In this document: positions 51,581 to 61,827 of the stretch, in pieces
Layout of the letters: each line of letters begins with the position of its first letter
Position numbering within the stretch: position 1 is the stretch's first letter
NCBI GenBank assembly: GCA_965214605.1
Contig: OZ243961.1
Location: 2,880,001-2,944,000, forward strand
Direction: 5' to 3'
Source of the DNA: an uncultured Candidatus Binatia bacterium
GTDB taxonomy: Bacteria; Desulfobacterota; Binatia; Bin18
DNA: 64,000 bases
Position numbers and translations under genes: made by a program
Notes under the pieces: generated by a model
Seen by the model: the letters and a program-made list of their open reading frames with translations, nothing else
The model's database searches: none
Told to the model about the DNA's origin: nothing

Positions 51581-52780
51581 ATGTCTCACTCCCATGTGTT
51601 AAACGGTTTACGCGTGCTTGACCTCACCCGTGCCTTGGCAGGCCCGAGTTGTACCCGGATGTTGGCCGAGATGGGAGCCGAGGTGATCAAAGTCGAATCG
51701 GCTCCGCATGGAGATATGGTGCGGAACGCGAGCACCTTTCGCAAGAAGCGCAGCCTGTATTATGTCCAGCATAATCGAGGTAAGAAGAGCCTGTGTGTCA
51801 ATCTACGCGATCCCCGGGGCATGGCCTTGGTTGTGTCACTCGTTGCTCAGGTCGATATCGTGGTCGAGAATTTCAAGCCCGGAGTTCTGGCCGATATGGG
51901 TCTAGATTACGAGCGGCTCAAGGAGCTGAAGTCCGATATCATCCTGTGCTCTATCTCGGCCATGGGCCAAACCGGACCACTGTCTCGTAAGCCGGGCTAC
52001 GATTATATTGCCCAAGCCTATGCCGGGACAACCTCAATGATTGGCGAGCCCGACGATGCACCGTATATTCCGGGGGTTGGCCTAGGAGATGTCAGCACCG
52101 GCGTCCACGCCGCCTTGGGGGTCCTGGCCGCCCTGCGGCACCGTGATCAGACCGGGCAGGGCCAGCACCTCGACGTGTACTACCACTATCACGAGGTCAA
52201 CGTTCACCAGCCACGGGCTACGGCCGGCCGGCTCAAGCCCAAGCCGGCTGGCCGCCACATGACCTATGCCTGCCCTGCGGGAGTTTTCCACGCCACCGAC
52301 GGCTATGTGGTGATTATGGCCCATTTGCACCACTGGAGAGACCTGTGCAAAGCCATCGATCGCCCCGACTTGGTCGATCACCCGGACTTCCAGACCGATA
52401 ATCTCCGTCTCAAACGCCGAGACACGGTGACCCAGATCCTTGAAGACTGGCTCCAGACGTTTCCCGATGTGCCTAGCGCGGTTGCCCACTTGGAAAAGTT
52501 TGGGGTTCCAGTCGCCCCGGTCTTATCGGTCATAGAAACGCTGGACTATCCGCACCTGCGTCAGCGTGGCACGGTGCGGACGATTACCGACCGTATCCAT
52601 GGCGAGCTTGACGTGCCAGGCTTTCCGATCAAGTTTTCGGCCTTTCCTGAAGAGTTGCCCCTCGAAGCCGCAACCTTAGGCCAACATAATGAGGAGATCG
52701 TGACGACGTATCTGGGGTAGACACCCGAGCAAGTGCAGCAGCTGCGAGAGGCTGGCGTGCTGGTGGAAAAGGAGATCTGA
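51581..52780 (+). pseudogene. Class III CoA-transferase paralog with internal deletion and in-frame TAG near the C-terminus
   Basis: Highly similar to 50345-51565 but lacks the IALLD segment. TAG at 52718-20 is followed in frame by TPEQVQQLREAGVLVEKEI*, matching the paralog tail. Confidence 0.7.
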
Positions 52781-53332
52781 AATCCGGCCCTTGATGCCTG
52801 GGCGAGGAGCTATGCAAGGACCCCGGCAAATAGGAAAAGGGGCAGTTCGCGGTCTTGATGGTGCTGATTGTGGACCTCTTGCCGAGGCAGCCCTGCGCCC
52901 GTCGTCATCGGGCTGAGCGCCATTGTCTCCCTGGAAACGTTACACCGTACGAACATTCATGAGCCCAACGCAGGACCGGACTTGAGTGTCAAGTTCTCAA
53001 CGCGAGGCGGATGTGTCTGGATCGGGTACCCAGAGCGAAATCGTCCAACACGTTCCCCCTCGTCTGAATTAATGAGTAGACAATTGGTGTCGGTGGTCCA
53101 CAATAATGTCCCTCCTGACTGTGACAGTCGCAAGAACGGCTCTCGCGGTTCCGTGAAAGAAGTCCCGACCACTCGTGTCGCTGATCTGGATTGTGAAATG
53201 CTCTCTGTGGGTGCGATCCGCTTACTAGTGCGACGTCTGCCATCTTGGAACTTGTCACGTTGGACCGCTTCGTATAGTTCAACTACTCCCTAGGCGATTC
53301 GGACTATATCTAGATGATAAGGAGATGGTGCG

Positions 53333-54598
53333 ATGTCAATAGCCGACTTCGACCCGCTTGCTCCCGAGACCGTGGAGTGTCCCTACCCCTTCTACGCTGC
53401 CATGCGCTGTGAGGCTCCGGTCTATCAGGTGCCGGGTGCGGGATTCTTTATCGTCAGCCGCTATCAGGATATTAAAACCGTGCTACTCGACACGGCAACA
53501 TTCACCTCCAGAACCGGTCCTGGAGTGAGAAAGGAGCCGCCCAAAGAGGTGCTGGAAATCCTGTCCCAGGGATGGCTGCCGGTGGACACGCTTCTCACAA
53601 ATGATCCCCCTTCCCACCGTCGGTACCGGGGACTGGTCAATAAGGCCTTTACGCCGCGCCGGGTGGCTCTCATCGAACCCAGTGTCCGGACCATTGCCAA
53701 CACCTTGGTCGATGCCTTTATTGCCGACAGTCGGGTGGAGTTAGTGAGCCAGTTTGCTGTCCCGCTCCCGCTGACGGTGATCGCCAATGCCTTGGGCGTT
53801 CCGCCAGCCGATCAGGCGCTTTTCAAGCGCTGGTCTGACGATGCGGTAGCGCCCCTCGGCGGTATGATCACCCCGGAACGAGAGCTTGAGTGCGCCAAGA
53901 GCACAGTCGAGTTCCAGCGCTATTTTGCGGCCAAACTCGACGAAAGGCGAGCGGCTCCCCAGGACGATGTGCTGACGGATCTCATTAATGCCCGGCTTGA
54001 GGGAGAGACGCCGCTCAATACCGCCGAGATGCTGAACATTTTGCAACAGCTGCTTGTTGCCGGAAACGAAACGACGACAAACCTGATTGCCAGCGCTATG
54101 CTCTTACTGCTGCAAAATCCACAGCAGCTTGCCTCCGTCTGCGCCGATCGCTCCCTCATTCCCAACTTTGTTGAGGAAGCGCTCCGCTTCGAGTCGCCCG
54201 TTCAAGGACTCTTTCGTATGGCCAAGGTGGAGACCGAGTTGGGCGGAGTGAAGATCCCGGCCGGCTCGCGTCTCGTCCTCATGTACGCTTCGGGCAACCG
54301 TGATGACCAGGAGTTCCCTCAAGCCGACCGCTTCGATATCTGCCGGGCCAACGCTAAGGACCACTTCGCCTTTGGGGCCGGTATTCATTACTGTCTAGGA
54401 GCGTCGTTGGCCCGACTCGAAGCAACCGTGGCTTTTGAGACTCTGCTCGGTCGCCTTCCCCATATCCGGCTGGCCGAGGGTCAAAACGACTATACGCACA
54501 CGCCGAGTTTCATCCTGCGAGGGCTGAAAGCCCTGCATCTCGAGTTCGACCAAGAAGGGTCTGCCGAGACAGGGCCCGGTCTGTCTCGGCAGGTGTAG
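53333..54598 (+). CDS. Cytochrome P450
   Basis: AGNETT I-helix, EALR ExxR and heme motif FGAGIHYCLG. Confidence 0.96.
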   Translation: MSIADFDPLAPETVECPYPFYAAMRCEAPVYQVPGAGFFIVSRYQDIKTVLLDTATFTSRTGPGVRKEPPKEVLEILSQGWLPVDTLLTNDPPSHRRYRGLVNKAFTPRRVALIEPSVRTIANTLVDAFIADSRVELVSQFAVPLPLTVIANALGVPPADQALFKRWSDDAVAPLGGMITPERELECAKSTVEFQRYFAAKLDERRAAPQDDVLTDLINARLEGETPLNTAEMLNILQQLLVAGNETTTNLIASAMLLLLQNPQQLASVCADRSLIPNFVEEALRFESPVQGLFRMAKVETELGGVKIPAGSRLVLMYASGNRDDQEFPQADRFDICRANAKDHFAFGAGIHYCLGASLARLEATVAFETLLGRLPHIRLAEGQNDYTHTPSFILRGLKALHLEFDQEGSAETGPGLSRQV

Positions 54599-54617
54599 CG
54601 TGCTCAGGAGGTAGACA

Positions 54618-54845
54618 ATGGCGAACAAACGCCGACATCCCCTGACCGGGGCGCTCTATGAATTACAGGAAGATGGCCAAGTGAAAGTTGTGGCTCGCGG
54701 GGGTGACGAAGGGATTTTCACCGCCCAAGGAGTATGGATCAAAGGAACGCTGACCCATGCTGACCCGCACCTATGTTTGTGGTTGGCCGGCCCGCAATTG
54801 CCCTCCCGCCACCGGGTCGCGCTCGAAGATTTGGCCCATGATTGA
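54618..54845 (+). CDS. Small protein upstream of the Rieske oxygenase
   Basis: GGAGG RBS; HPLTGALY...ADPHLCLWLAGPQ; operonic spacing between the P450 and Rieske genes. Confidence 0.75.
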   Translation: MANKRRHPLTGALYELQEDGQVKVVARGGDEGIFTAQGVWIKGTLTHADPHLCLWLAGPQLPSRHRVALEDLAHD

Positions 54846-54873
54846 TGAAGAGTGAACGTGAGGTGAAGCAGGT

Positions 54874-56286
54874 ATGACCGAAATTTTATCCGCCAAAGGC
54901 GACCGTTCGGACGGTCTATCGTATCAGGACCTGCTGAATACGGATTCTCATACCGTGCCTGCGGTGTTACGCCAGGAGAATCCGCTGGCCAGTGGAGTCC
55001 AGAAGGTCAATGTCGAGCGTTATATCTCCCGTGAGGCGCATGAACGCGAAAAAGAACGACTGTGGAGCCGGGTATGGCAGATGGCGTGTCGGGAAGAGGA
55101 CATTCCTGAAGTCGGAAGCTACACGGTCTACGATATTGCAGAGAAGTCCTATCTTGTCGTCCGCTCTGCACCGGATACGGTCCAGGCGTTCTACAACGCC
55201 TGCCGCCATCGTGGCCGGCTGCTGCGCGAAGAGCCGGGCCGCTCACCCGATCTCCGCTGTCCGTTTCACGGGTGGTGCTGGCATCTGGACGGCTCCTTAA
55301 AAGAAGTGCCGTGTCAGTGGGACTTCCCGGAAGTCACGCCCGAGGAATATCGTCTGCCAGAGGTGAAAGTCGGGCGGTGGGGTGGCTTTGTCTTTATTAA
55401 CCCCGATCTCCACTGCGGGCCCTTGGAACAGTTCCTTGGCGACCTGCCCCAACAGTTTACGCCGTGGCCGTTAGAGCACCGGTTTAAGCAGGCCCATGTA
55501 GCAAAAATCCTGCGCTGTAATTGGAAGGTCGCCCAGGAAGCTTTTATGGAAGCCTATCACGTTGTCGCAACCCATCCGCAGATTCTGGCCAGCATTGGCG
55601 ATGCGAACTCCCAGTACGATGTATGGGGCAACTACAGCCGGGCGATCACGCCAAACGCAACGCCAAGCCCTCATCTGAATTGGACGCCAACCGAACAAGA
55701 TATGCTGGACGCGATGATGGATCGGAATCTTGACGAGCCGCCCGTGGCAACCGTGCCGGACGGGATGACCGCTCGTGAGTTTGTCGGGACCACTGGGCGT
55801 AAGGCCATGCGGCCCATCTTTGGCGATACTGTTGAGCGTTTCAGCGATGCCGAGATGACGGATAGCTTCTACTTTACCCTCTTTCCAAATTTCCATCCGT
55901 GGGGAGCGTTCAATCGGATTACCTACCGTTTTCGACCCTATGGTGACGATCACCGGATGTCGATTATGGAGTGCATGTATCTGGCACCCTATCTGCCGGG
56001 TGAACGGCCGCCCGCCGCACCCATCCACTGGCTCGGGCCGGATGATGACTGGACCGAAGCCTCAGAGCTCGGCCTCCTGGCCCGCGTATTTAATCAAGAC
56101 GTCTACAATCTGCCTAAGGTGCAGCGCGGATTGGAGGCGGCCAAAAAGCCCGGCTACGTGACTTTTGCTAGCTACGCCGAGACTAAGCCCCGTCATTTTC
56201 ATCAGCTGTATGAGCGGTGGGTAGAAGCGGAGGCCGGGTCTCCACGGACGAACAACATCTCGACCTGCAACGGGACGCCCTGCTAG
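54874..56286 (+). CDS. Rieske aromatic-ring-hydroxylating oxygenase alpha subunit
   Basis: CRHRG...CPFHGW Rieske motif; NWK..EAFMEAYH...TH and QD mononuclear-iron ligands. Confidence 0.94.
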   Translation: MTEILSAKGDRSDGLSYQDLLNTDSHTVPAVLRQENPLASGVQKVNVERYISREAHEREKERLWSRVWQMACREEDIPEVGSYTVYDIAEKSYLVVRSAPDTVQAFYNACRHRGRLLREEPGRSPDLRCPFHGWCWHLDGSLKEVPCQWDFPEVTPEEYRLPEVKVGRWGGFVFINPDLHCGPLEQFLGDLPQQFTPWPLEHRFKQAHVAKILRCNWKVAQEAFMEAYHVVATHPQILASIGDANSQYDVWGNYSRAITPNATPSPHLNWTPTEQDMLDAMMDRNLDEPPVATVPDGMTAREFVGTTGRKAMRPIFGDTVERFSDAEMTDSFYFTLFPNFHPWGAFNRITYRFRPYGDDHRMSIMECMYLAPYLPGERPPAAPIHWLGPDDDWTEASELGLLARVFNQDVYNLPKVQRGLEAAKKPGYVTFASYAETKPRHFHQLYERWVEAEAGSPRTNNISTCNGTPC

Positions 56287-56763
56287 CCGCTGAGTGCACG
56301 ACCATTTATCAGGATGAGGGTATCAGCGGGCCGACGCAGGACCGCCCCGGCCTGGCGCAGGCGTTGGCGGCGTGAGGCGCCACGGATACGCTAGTCGTCT
56401 GGAAACTGGATCGCTTGGGACGCTCGCTCGGGTTCCTGTGTCGGCTGATTGAAGAGTTAGGCCAGCAGCAGACGGGATTTCTCAGCCTCACCGATGGGAG
56501 CGATACGGCCACCAGTGCCGGCAAGCTGGTGTTTCAATGATGGGAGCGTTGGCCGAGTTTGAGCAGGCCCTGATCCGCGAGCGGACGAAGGCGGGCATGC
56601 ACGCCGCGCAGCAACGCGGCAAACATGTCGGCCGGCCCCGGACGCTCACGCTCCACCAAGTCATCTACGCCCGGGAGTTGCTCGCTGCGGGGCAGTAGTG
56701 GCCCAGCTCTTTGGGGTCTCCCCTAATACGATGGGGCGAGCGGTCAAGCGCGTCACCCGGTAA
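56238..56763 (+). pseudogene. Serine resolvase/invertase pseudogene
   Basis: Reads VSTDEQHLDLQRDAL...ISG..RPGL (TGA 56373) ..DTLVVWKLDRLGRS..GKLVF/MGALAEFEQALIRERTKAG..GRP..HTH; N-terminal YAR lost; stops and frameshifts. Confidence 0.9.
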
Positions 56764-57020
56764 GGACCGTGGGCATGGACATTCACCGCGCGCCGGGAGT
56801 ACACGGCAATGACTTCCGCCGGCGGAGTGAGGCGTGGGATCTGATCGACCTCGACAACGGAGAAGCTTTGAGCGGGGTACGCGCCAGGAGCCAGGTAGGA
56901 GAACGCGAGCGAGACGGCGCCGGTACTGTCGATTTTGAGCGTCAAGCGCAGAGGGCTGGCCCGCTAAGCGGCCCCTGTACTACACAGCGGGCAGCAGCGA
57001 GAACCGGCAGGAGCGAGACA

Positions 57021-57520
57021 ATGAACCAACGGATTCTGCATGTCACGTTGAATACCGGGCGGATGGCCGTACAGCAGCCCGGCGCGATCCAGCCGGAAAC
57101 CCTGAAAGTGCTCCGGCCGCGCGTGGCCCGGCTCTTGAATAGACAGCCGGGCCTCCAAATGCAATGGCTCGGCTTGCCGCTCCCCTTTTTCCCGTTTGAG
57201 CTAACCAGCAAGGCCGACGCCTATGGGCCGCTCTTTTTCGTACGGTGGGGTGGGGAGAAGAAAGGCCTCGCCCGCTTTGCCGTGGGCACCAACCGCACGG
57301 CGGATGCTAGCCTCTGGGAGTTGATCCATCAACTCGGCCGGGCGAGCTGCCGAGGCGGCCGGTGACACACCCCCTCTACCGGCCGCGCGGGCCGTGGTGT
57401 GCCACTGTGCGTCACACAACACGACGGCTGCTCGACGCTGCTACGGCCGCCCAGCTCGGCGAGATCGAGCGCGGGGTGACGTGGGCTGTGGTACAGATGG
57501 GAGGGAAGAAAGGCCAGTAG
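57021..57520 (+). pseudogene. Frameshifted hypothetical protein
   Basis: MNQRILHVTLNTG... after an AGGAG RBS; coding-like continuation in other frames (PWCATV...LGEIERGVTWAVV) to TAG 57518-20. Confidence 0.45.
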
Positions 57521-57824
57521 GGAGCCGCTCCGCCCCCTCTCGGGCGGCACTTGAGGGAAGGCCAGGATGTTTCACCCTGTCTTGAAAGAGCAAAGGCCGT
57601 GAGCTTGCCGTAAGCAGCCGAGTCCATCTGTAGGGTCTGGAGGCGGGGTGAGTGGTTGGAGAAGACTGGACAGCGGAAGGGCAGGCGGCCGGGTGGCTGC
57701 TCGGGACACGTCCCACTGTTGTTCTCCCGCCGGTGTCGCTAGGAGAAGCTTGACACTTCGGGTTATCGGACGTAGCGGCCTGAGTGGGGGAGCGGCTGTT
57801 GAGCCGTGGCTGAGCAAACGGGGA

Positions 57825-58530
57825 CTAAAATTCGTGGAGGGCTATGCCCTCTGTATATTCTCCATCATGGCGGTTGTAGTGATACAAGGTCACCCTAGGA
57901 ATTGCTCCCACAATAGTACCAACGATGAATGCCAAAGAGGAAGGGATACCGAGTAAGAGATGCACTGGGCGATCTTCGTCAACATAAGAGAAAATTAATG
58001 AGGCAATCTCCTGCGCAAGATCAACCCCAGTTCTCATGCAGGGGAATATGCCCCTTGGCGGCCTTCAGCCGTACGTAGACGATCTCCTTATCCGCGGTTT
58101 CAGGATAGGGGTGGGGAAGTTCGTGAGCTGTGAAATCGAGGATAACAAGAGCGGGTTGAGGTCCACTATGACCGTTAGGCTTCGATTCAACCCTAATCAG
58201 CTTGTAGTCATCTACTCTTTTATTTAACAGGTGATAGCCTTCGTTCTGGTCAATATTCTCCGAACTGAACACGACCGCATAGGGGTCTTTCACCATTCCT
58301 GCATGCTGATAGACCTTCATTGATACACGGCGCCCTCTTTGTGCGCCCAAAGCGAATGCAACTGGGGCAGGTGACGCGAAGAAAAAGTGGTAGACAGGTT
58401 GAATCGGCACTCGGTTAGTAAGGCGGTCGAAATGGCGGCCAATGTCGGCGGTTCGATTTCTCCAACAAGGGGAAGTGAGATCCAGCCGCTGCTCGTTGAA
58501 ATAGGTCCAATCGCTTTGGTGGATCTGATC
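57825..58530 (-). pseudogene. SAVED-like domain fragment (5'-truncated, frameshift near 58025)
   Basis: Two pseudo-repeat motifs YHFFFASPAPVAFALG and VHLLLGIPSSLAFIVG...LYHY..GEY resemble SAVED. ORFs 58021-58608 and 57825-58037 join if one G is removed from a GGGG run. Confidence 0.55.
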
Positions 58531-58927
58531 CGGCGAGGTATCAGCCCCCATGCCTTCGCCAGCGATGGGCATCGCTGGCACGTCCGCGCCTTCTGCCACA
58601 TTGACCACAAGTTTAAGGACTTTCTTCTATCTCGCTGCCTGGAGTGTAAGATGGTTGGCGCTGCCAAAGCCGAACCGGTCGAAGATACTCACTGGAACGA
58701 AGTCGTTAAGCTACGGCTCAAGCCGAACCCAAAACTATCAAAATCACAACGGAAGGTGATCGCGACTGATTATCGTATGGACAACGATGAATTGATCATT
58801 CCTGTCCGGAAAGCACTGCTCTACTATTTTCAAAGTTGACAAAGCGCTGGATAACCCACAGGAAACGCCCGTGGTGATTGTCAACAAGGCCGTCTTCGAG
58901 AAGGCCTTTGAGGAGACGAAGGCGTGA
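58531..58927 (+). pseudogene. WYL-domain (CapW-like) regulator, C-terminal fragment
   Basis: ISPHAFASDGHRWHVRAFC..FKDFLLSR..W..L.PNP.LS..Q...DY.M...VRKALLYYF, frameshifted tail to TGA 58925-27; N-terminal HTH absent. Confidence 0.8.
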
Positions 58928-59198
58928 GATTGGAAAGAGAGGGAGTTGGTTGGGTGCAGATTCCGGGCAAAGTGAAGAGCGTTCCGGGACGGCTTGTGTG
59001 CGCTAGAATAGAAAAGAGGTCGAGAACCGTGTCCGAGTCTAGCGAAGAACGGAACGGCCGGCAGTGGAAGGCTTGGCTGTTTGTCTCGAAAGTCGCTCGG
59101 CTTTCTACAGCTCATGTTGACACTGCTCTTGAGGACCGTGCGTGCGAGGTCCTAGAGAAGTCATGGTCTTCTAGGCCGGTAATAAGCCATGTCTCTGC

Positions 59199-59871
59199 TT
59201 ACGGCACATAATTTTGACGGGCGCAGCCCCCTGGGCTCCAGTATTGTTTTTCAATCGCCCAGAGTGCTGTTGGAGTCGCGTTTCGCAGCACGATCCGATT
59301 CTGGACACCGGGAAAGAAGGTCAGCCCAGTCAGCTCTTCGATCTTTGCCACTGATGCCAGCCGTGGCCTGTGATCGTACACATGGCCGGCCTTCCTCGCC
59401 CCGCTGCAGTTGATCCATGTTTCCAGAGGTCTTGGCTGTCCATCGCTGTCCTCCTCGTATGCCTGCGGAAAGAGAAATGCCAAGGCATCAACATTGCCCC
59501 CTTCCGTCTCTCTTACCGCGACCTTGAACAGAGCATGGGGAACGGCGACGGGAACCTCGCCCTTTTCGGCTTCGCCAATAAAGCCAATCGCTTTGTCCTT
59601 CTCGAAGACTGGCCCGGCGATGATCCACAGCCGACCGAATTTGTTAGCGGCTGCCGCCGTGTAGTCCTCAAGATGACGCCACGGTCCCTGGTTCATGTCT
59701 GCAGCTTGCGGCAGCGCGTTCCAGAAAAAATGGGTATTGCAGGAGGCCTGCCAGCTGATCCGCTGAGCATGATTGGCCATCGCCAAATGGCCACGATTCC
59801 ACACACGGCCGATCCCGCCATAGCTGTTATCGATCCGCTTCTTTGTCACGTCGGCCCGGTCAGTCCCATAG
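59199..59871 (-). pseudogene. DNA/RNA non-specific endonuclease, C-terminal part (IS-interrupted)
   Basis: NRGHLA, NALPQAADMNQGPWRHLE, IIAGPVF and VAVPHALFKV motifs of NucA-type nucleases. Confidence 0.88.
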
Positions 59872-59905
59872 AAAAGATAGGGAATTATATACTTGCGTAC
59901 CAAAA

Positions 59906-60088
59906 TCATCCTGCTTGCCGCGTCCGTTTCCGGCCCGTTACTGCTTCATAATCCCAATGTTTCTTAGGCTTTGCGCCTAATACGACTTCCGCTATCCGTT
60001 CAGGTGAAGCGTCAATCCGCTCGGGCATGGCGTACTTGAGGGGACGGCCCTTCGGTTTCTTGGGTTTGCTCGGTTTCTTCAGTTTCAT
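59906..60088 (-). CDS. Small basic protein at the IS end
   Basis: AGGAG RBS; MKLKKPSKPKKPKGRP...PERIDASPERIAEVVL..KPKKHWDY; stop abuts the terminal repeat. Confidence 0.6.
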   Translation of the reverse strand: MKLKKPSKPKKPKGRPLKYAMPERIDASPERIAEVVLGAKPKKHWDYEAVTGRKRTRQAG

Positions 60089-60215
60089 GTCGTTGCTCCT
60101 TTTATCACTCCCCAAAAGGCTTGACGGTTCTGTCTCGTTTCTTTACAGACCGTCTGCATGGATGTGGACGAATATATTGCTCTTTTCCGGCCTAACTCGA
60201 AACAACTGAAAACAT

Positions 60216-60812
60216 TTAAGGTGCTTTCTGACCAAGCATGGCACTGTCGAGAATGCGCGTATACTCATGTTGCCTCCGGGCAGATTGCTGGCAGTCGCCC
60301 TTAGGCATAATAAAATCCCCTCCGTTCGTGCGGAGACGGCGGGGGATTTGCTGCTCGCACACATAGGCTTGGCTGATGGTGTAGGGTGGGTCAGTGAGAA
60401 GGAGATCAACGGACTGGTCTTCTAACTGCTGTGCGCCTGCAATCCCGTCTCCATACAACAGGCCAGTCTGTTTGGTCTGGGATGTGCACTGCTCGATAGT
60501 AGCCGTGTGTTCGCTCGTTGGTGCGCGTAAAGCTGCGGCAATCGCTTGGGCCAATTCTTCTTGGTTTGGCGCTTGTGTCACCTGAAAATGCCCATCTAAT
60601 TGCACTTCCCCAACAGAGGCTGCAGGCCGACCCCGCTTGACAAGAAGTGGGACGACCCAGCCCTGATTGTCCATAGAAACTGGTGTACCGAGTGCAAGTT
60701 GCTGCCGTTCGCCATTGAGAGTGGTAGACATCCAGAGATTCACCGCACTCTTGGCATAGAGCTTGGTGGAGGACGCCTGGATTTTGCCTGCTGCCTGCCT
60801 ACTCGTTCCCAT
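60216..60812 (-). pseudogene. Truncated N6/N4 DNA methyltransferase passenger
   Basis: LLYGDG...DQSVDLLLTDPPY catalytic motif IV; ORF ends about 55 aa later with no FxGxG SAM-binding motif. Confidence 0.7.
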
Positions 60813-60826
60813 CTCCTTCCCCTCCT

Positions 60827-61768
60827 TTATGCGGTCAAGTCTTTGTACTGAAGCTGCTTGCCAACCATGCTGTGAGTCAGCGCGTCCATTTGCTCTGCCG
60901 TGTCCAACGGACGGGCATTATGTCGGCCTGAGAACTCTTGAACGTAGCGGTCTAAGTGCTTCTCGCTCATATGGTGATAGGTCCCGTGGTAGCCGCGCTT
61001 CAGCATCGCCCAGAAGGACTCTATGCCGTTGGTATGGGCTTGGTCCTTCACGTATTCGCTCACACTATGCTTGACGGATTCGTGATTCTCTAGTCCCTCA
61101 TAGCTCCGATGTTCATCCGTGTAGACCTTCGCTCCCTCTTCCCGGTTCTCGTTCACAAAGCCTTGCAAGGTAGGTGCGTCTGTGTGTTCAACCACGGTCG
61201 CCTTGACGGTGTTCGTGTCTCGGTCCTTGATCCCGACTACAGCAGTCTTGCCGACCGGCCCACGGCCTGCTTTGCGTTTCTTGCTGTTGTGTTTGTTCTT
61301 CTCATGGCCACCCACATACGCCTCGTCCACTTCCACCGGCCCGGCCATCTTGGCCGTTTCGTCGTTCCACATTTCCCGGATTCGGTGGGCCAAGTGCCAC
61401 GCGGCCTTTTGCGTGATGTCCAAGTCCCGGTGTAGCTTCATGGAACTCACACCCTTCAAGTGGGTGCTGTACAGGTAGAACGCCAAGGCCCACTTGCTGA
61501 GCGGCAACTTTGACTGGTGCATGATGGTGTCGGTCTTGACGGTGAAGTTCTTGCCACAGCCCTTGCAATGGTATTCCGGGGTCTGGCGCTTGCTCGTTCG
61601 GCTGGAAATGGCGTCGCTGTCACACTTCGGGCAGTGAATGCCGTTCGGCCACCGCCGTGCTACAAACCACGCTTCCGCCTTGGCATCATCGCCAAACTGC
61701 TGTATGGCTTGGACAAGGCTGACGCCTGTGCGGTAGTGTTTTCCAGGTGCGTTGTGGGCTTGACTCAT
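60827..61768 (-). CDS. IS1595-family transposase
   Basis: Zn finger CPKC..CKGC, HTH, catalytic VEVDEAY, YTDE and HTNGIESFW; RYVQEFSGRHN. Confidence 0.95.
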   Translation of the reverse strand: MSQAHNAPGKHYRTGVSLVQAIQQFGDDAKAEAWFVARRWPNGIHCPKCDSDAISSRTSKRQTPEYHCKGCGKNFTVKTDTIMHQSKLPLSKWALAFYLYSTHLKGVSSMKLHRDLDITQKAAWHLAHRIREMWNDETAKMAGPVEVDEAYVGGHEKNKHNSKKRKAGRGPVGKTAVVGIKDRDTNTVKATVVEHTDAPTLQGFVNENREEGAKVYTDEHRSYEGLENHESVKHSVSEYVKDQAHTNGIESFWAMLKRGYHGTYHHMSEKHLDRYVQEFSGRHNARPLDTAEQMDALTHSMVGKQLQYKDLTA

Positions 61769-61798
61769 GGCTGTTTTCTCCCTCTAATTTATGGACTT

Positions 61799-61827
61799 AG
61801 TGTACCAAAATCATGGAGTGTTGTCAA
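61799..61827 (-). promoter_or_regulatory. Sigma70-type promoter of the transposase
   Basis: Reverse strand TTGACA-17 nt-TACACT, overlapping an internal copy of the terminal-repeat motif GTGTACCAAAA. Confidence 0.65.

Noticed and set aside
52800-53330. Short ORFs upstream of the P450
   Set aside because: No RBS or motif support; probably regulatory or eroded sequence.
58387-58608. Genuine overlapping antisense genes (WYL and SAVED-like)
   Set aside because: Family-like sequence on each strand stops at about 58530; the ORF overlap is run-through across a junction.
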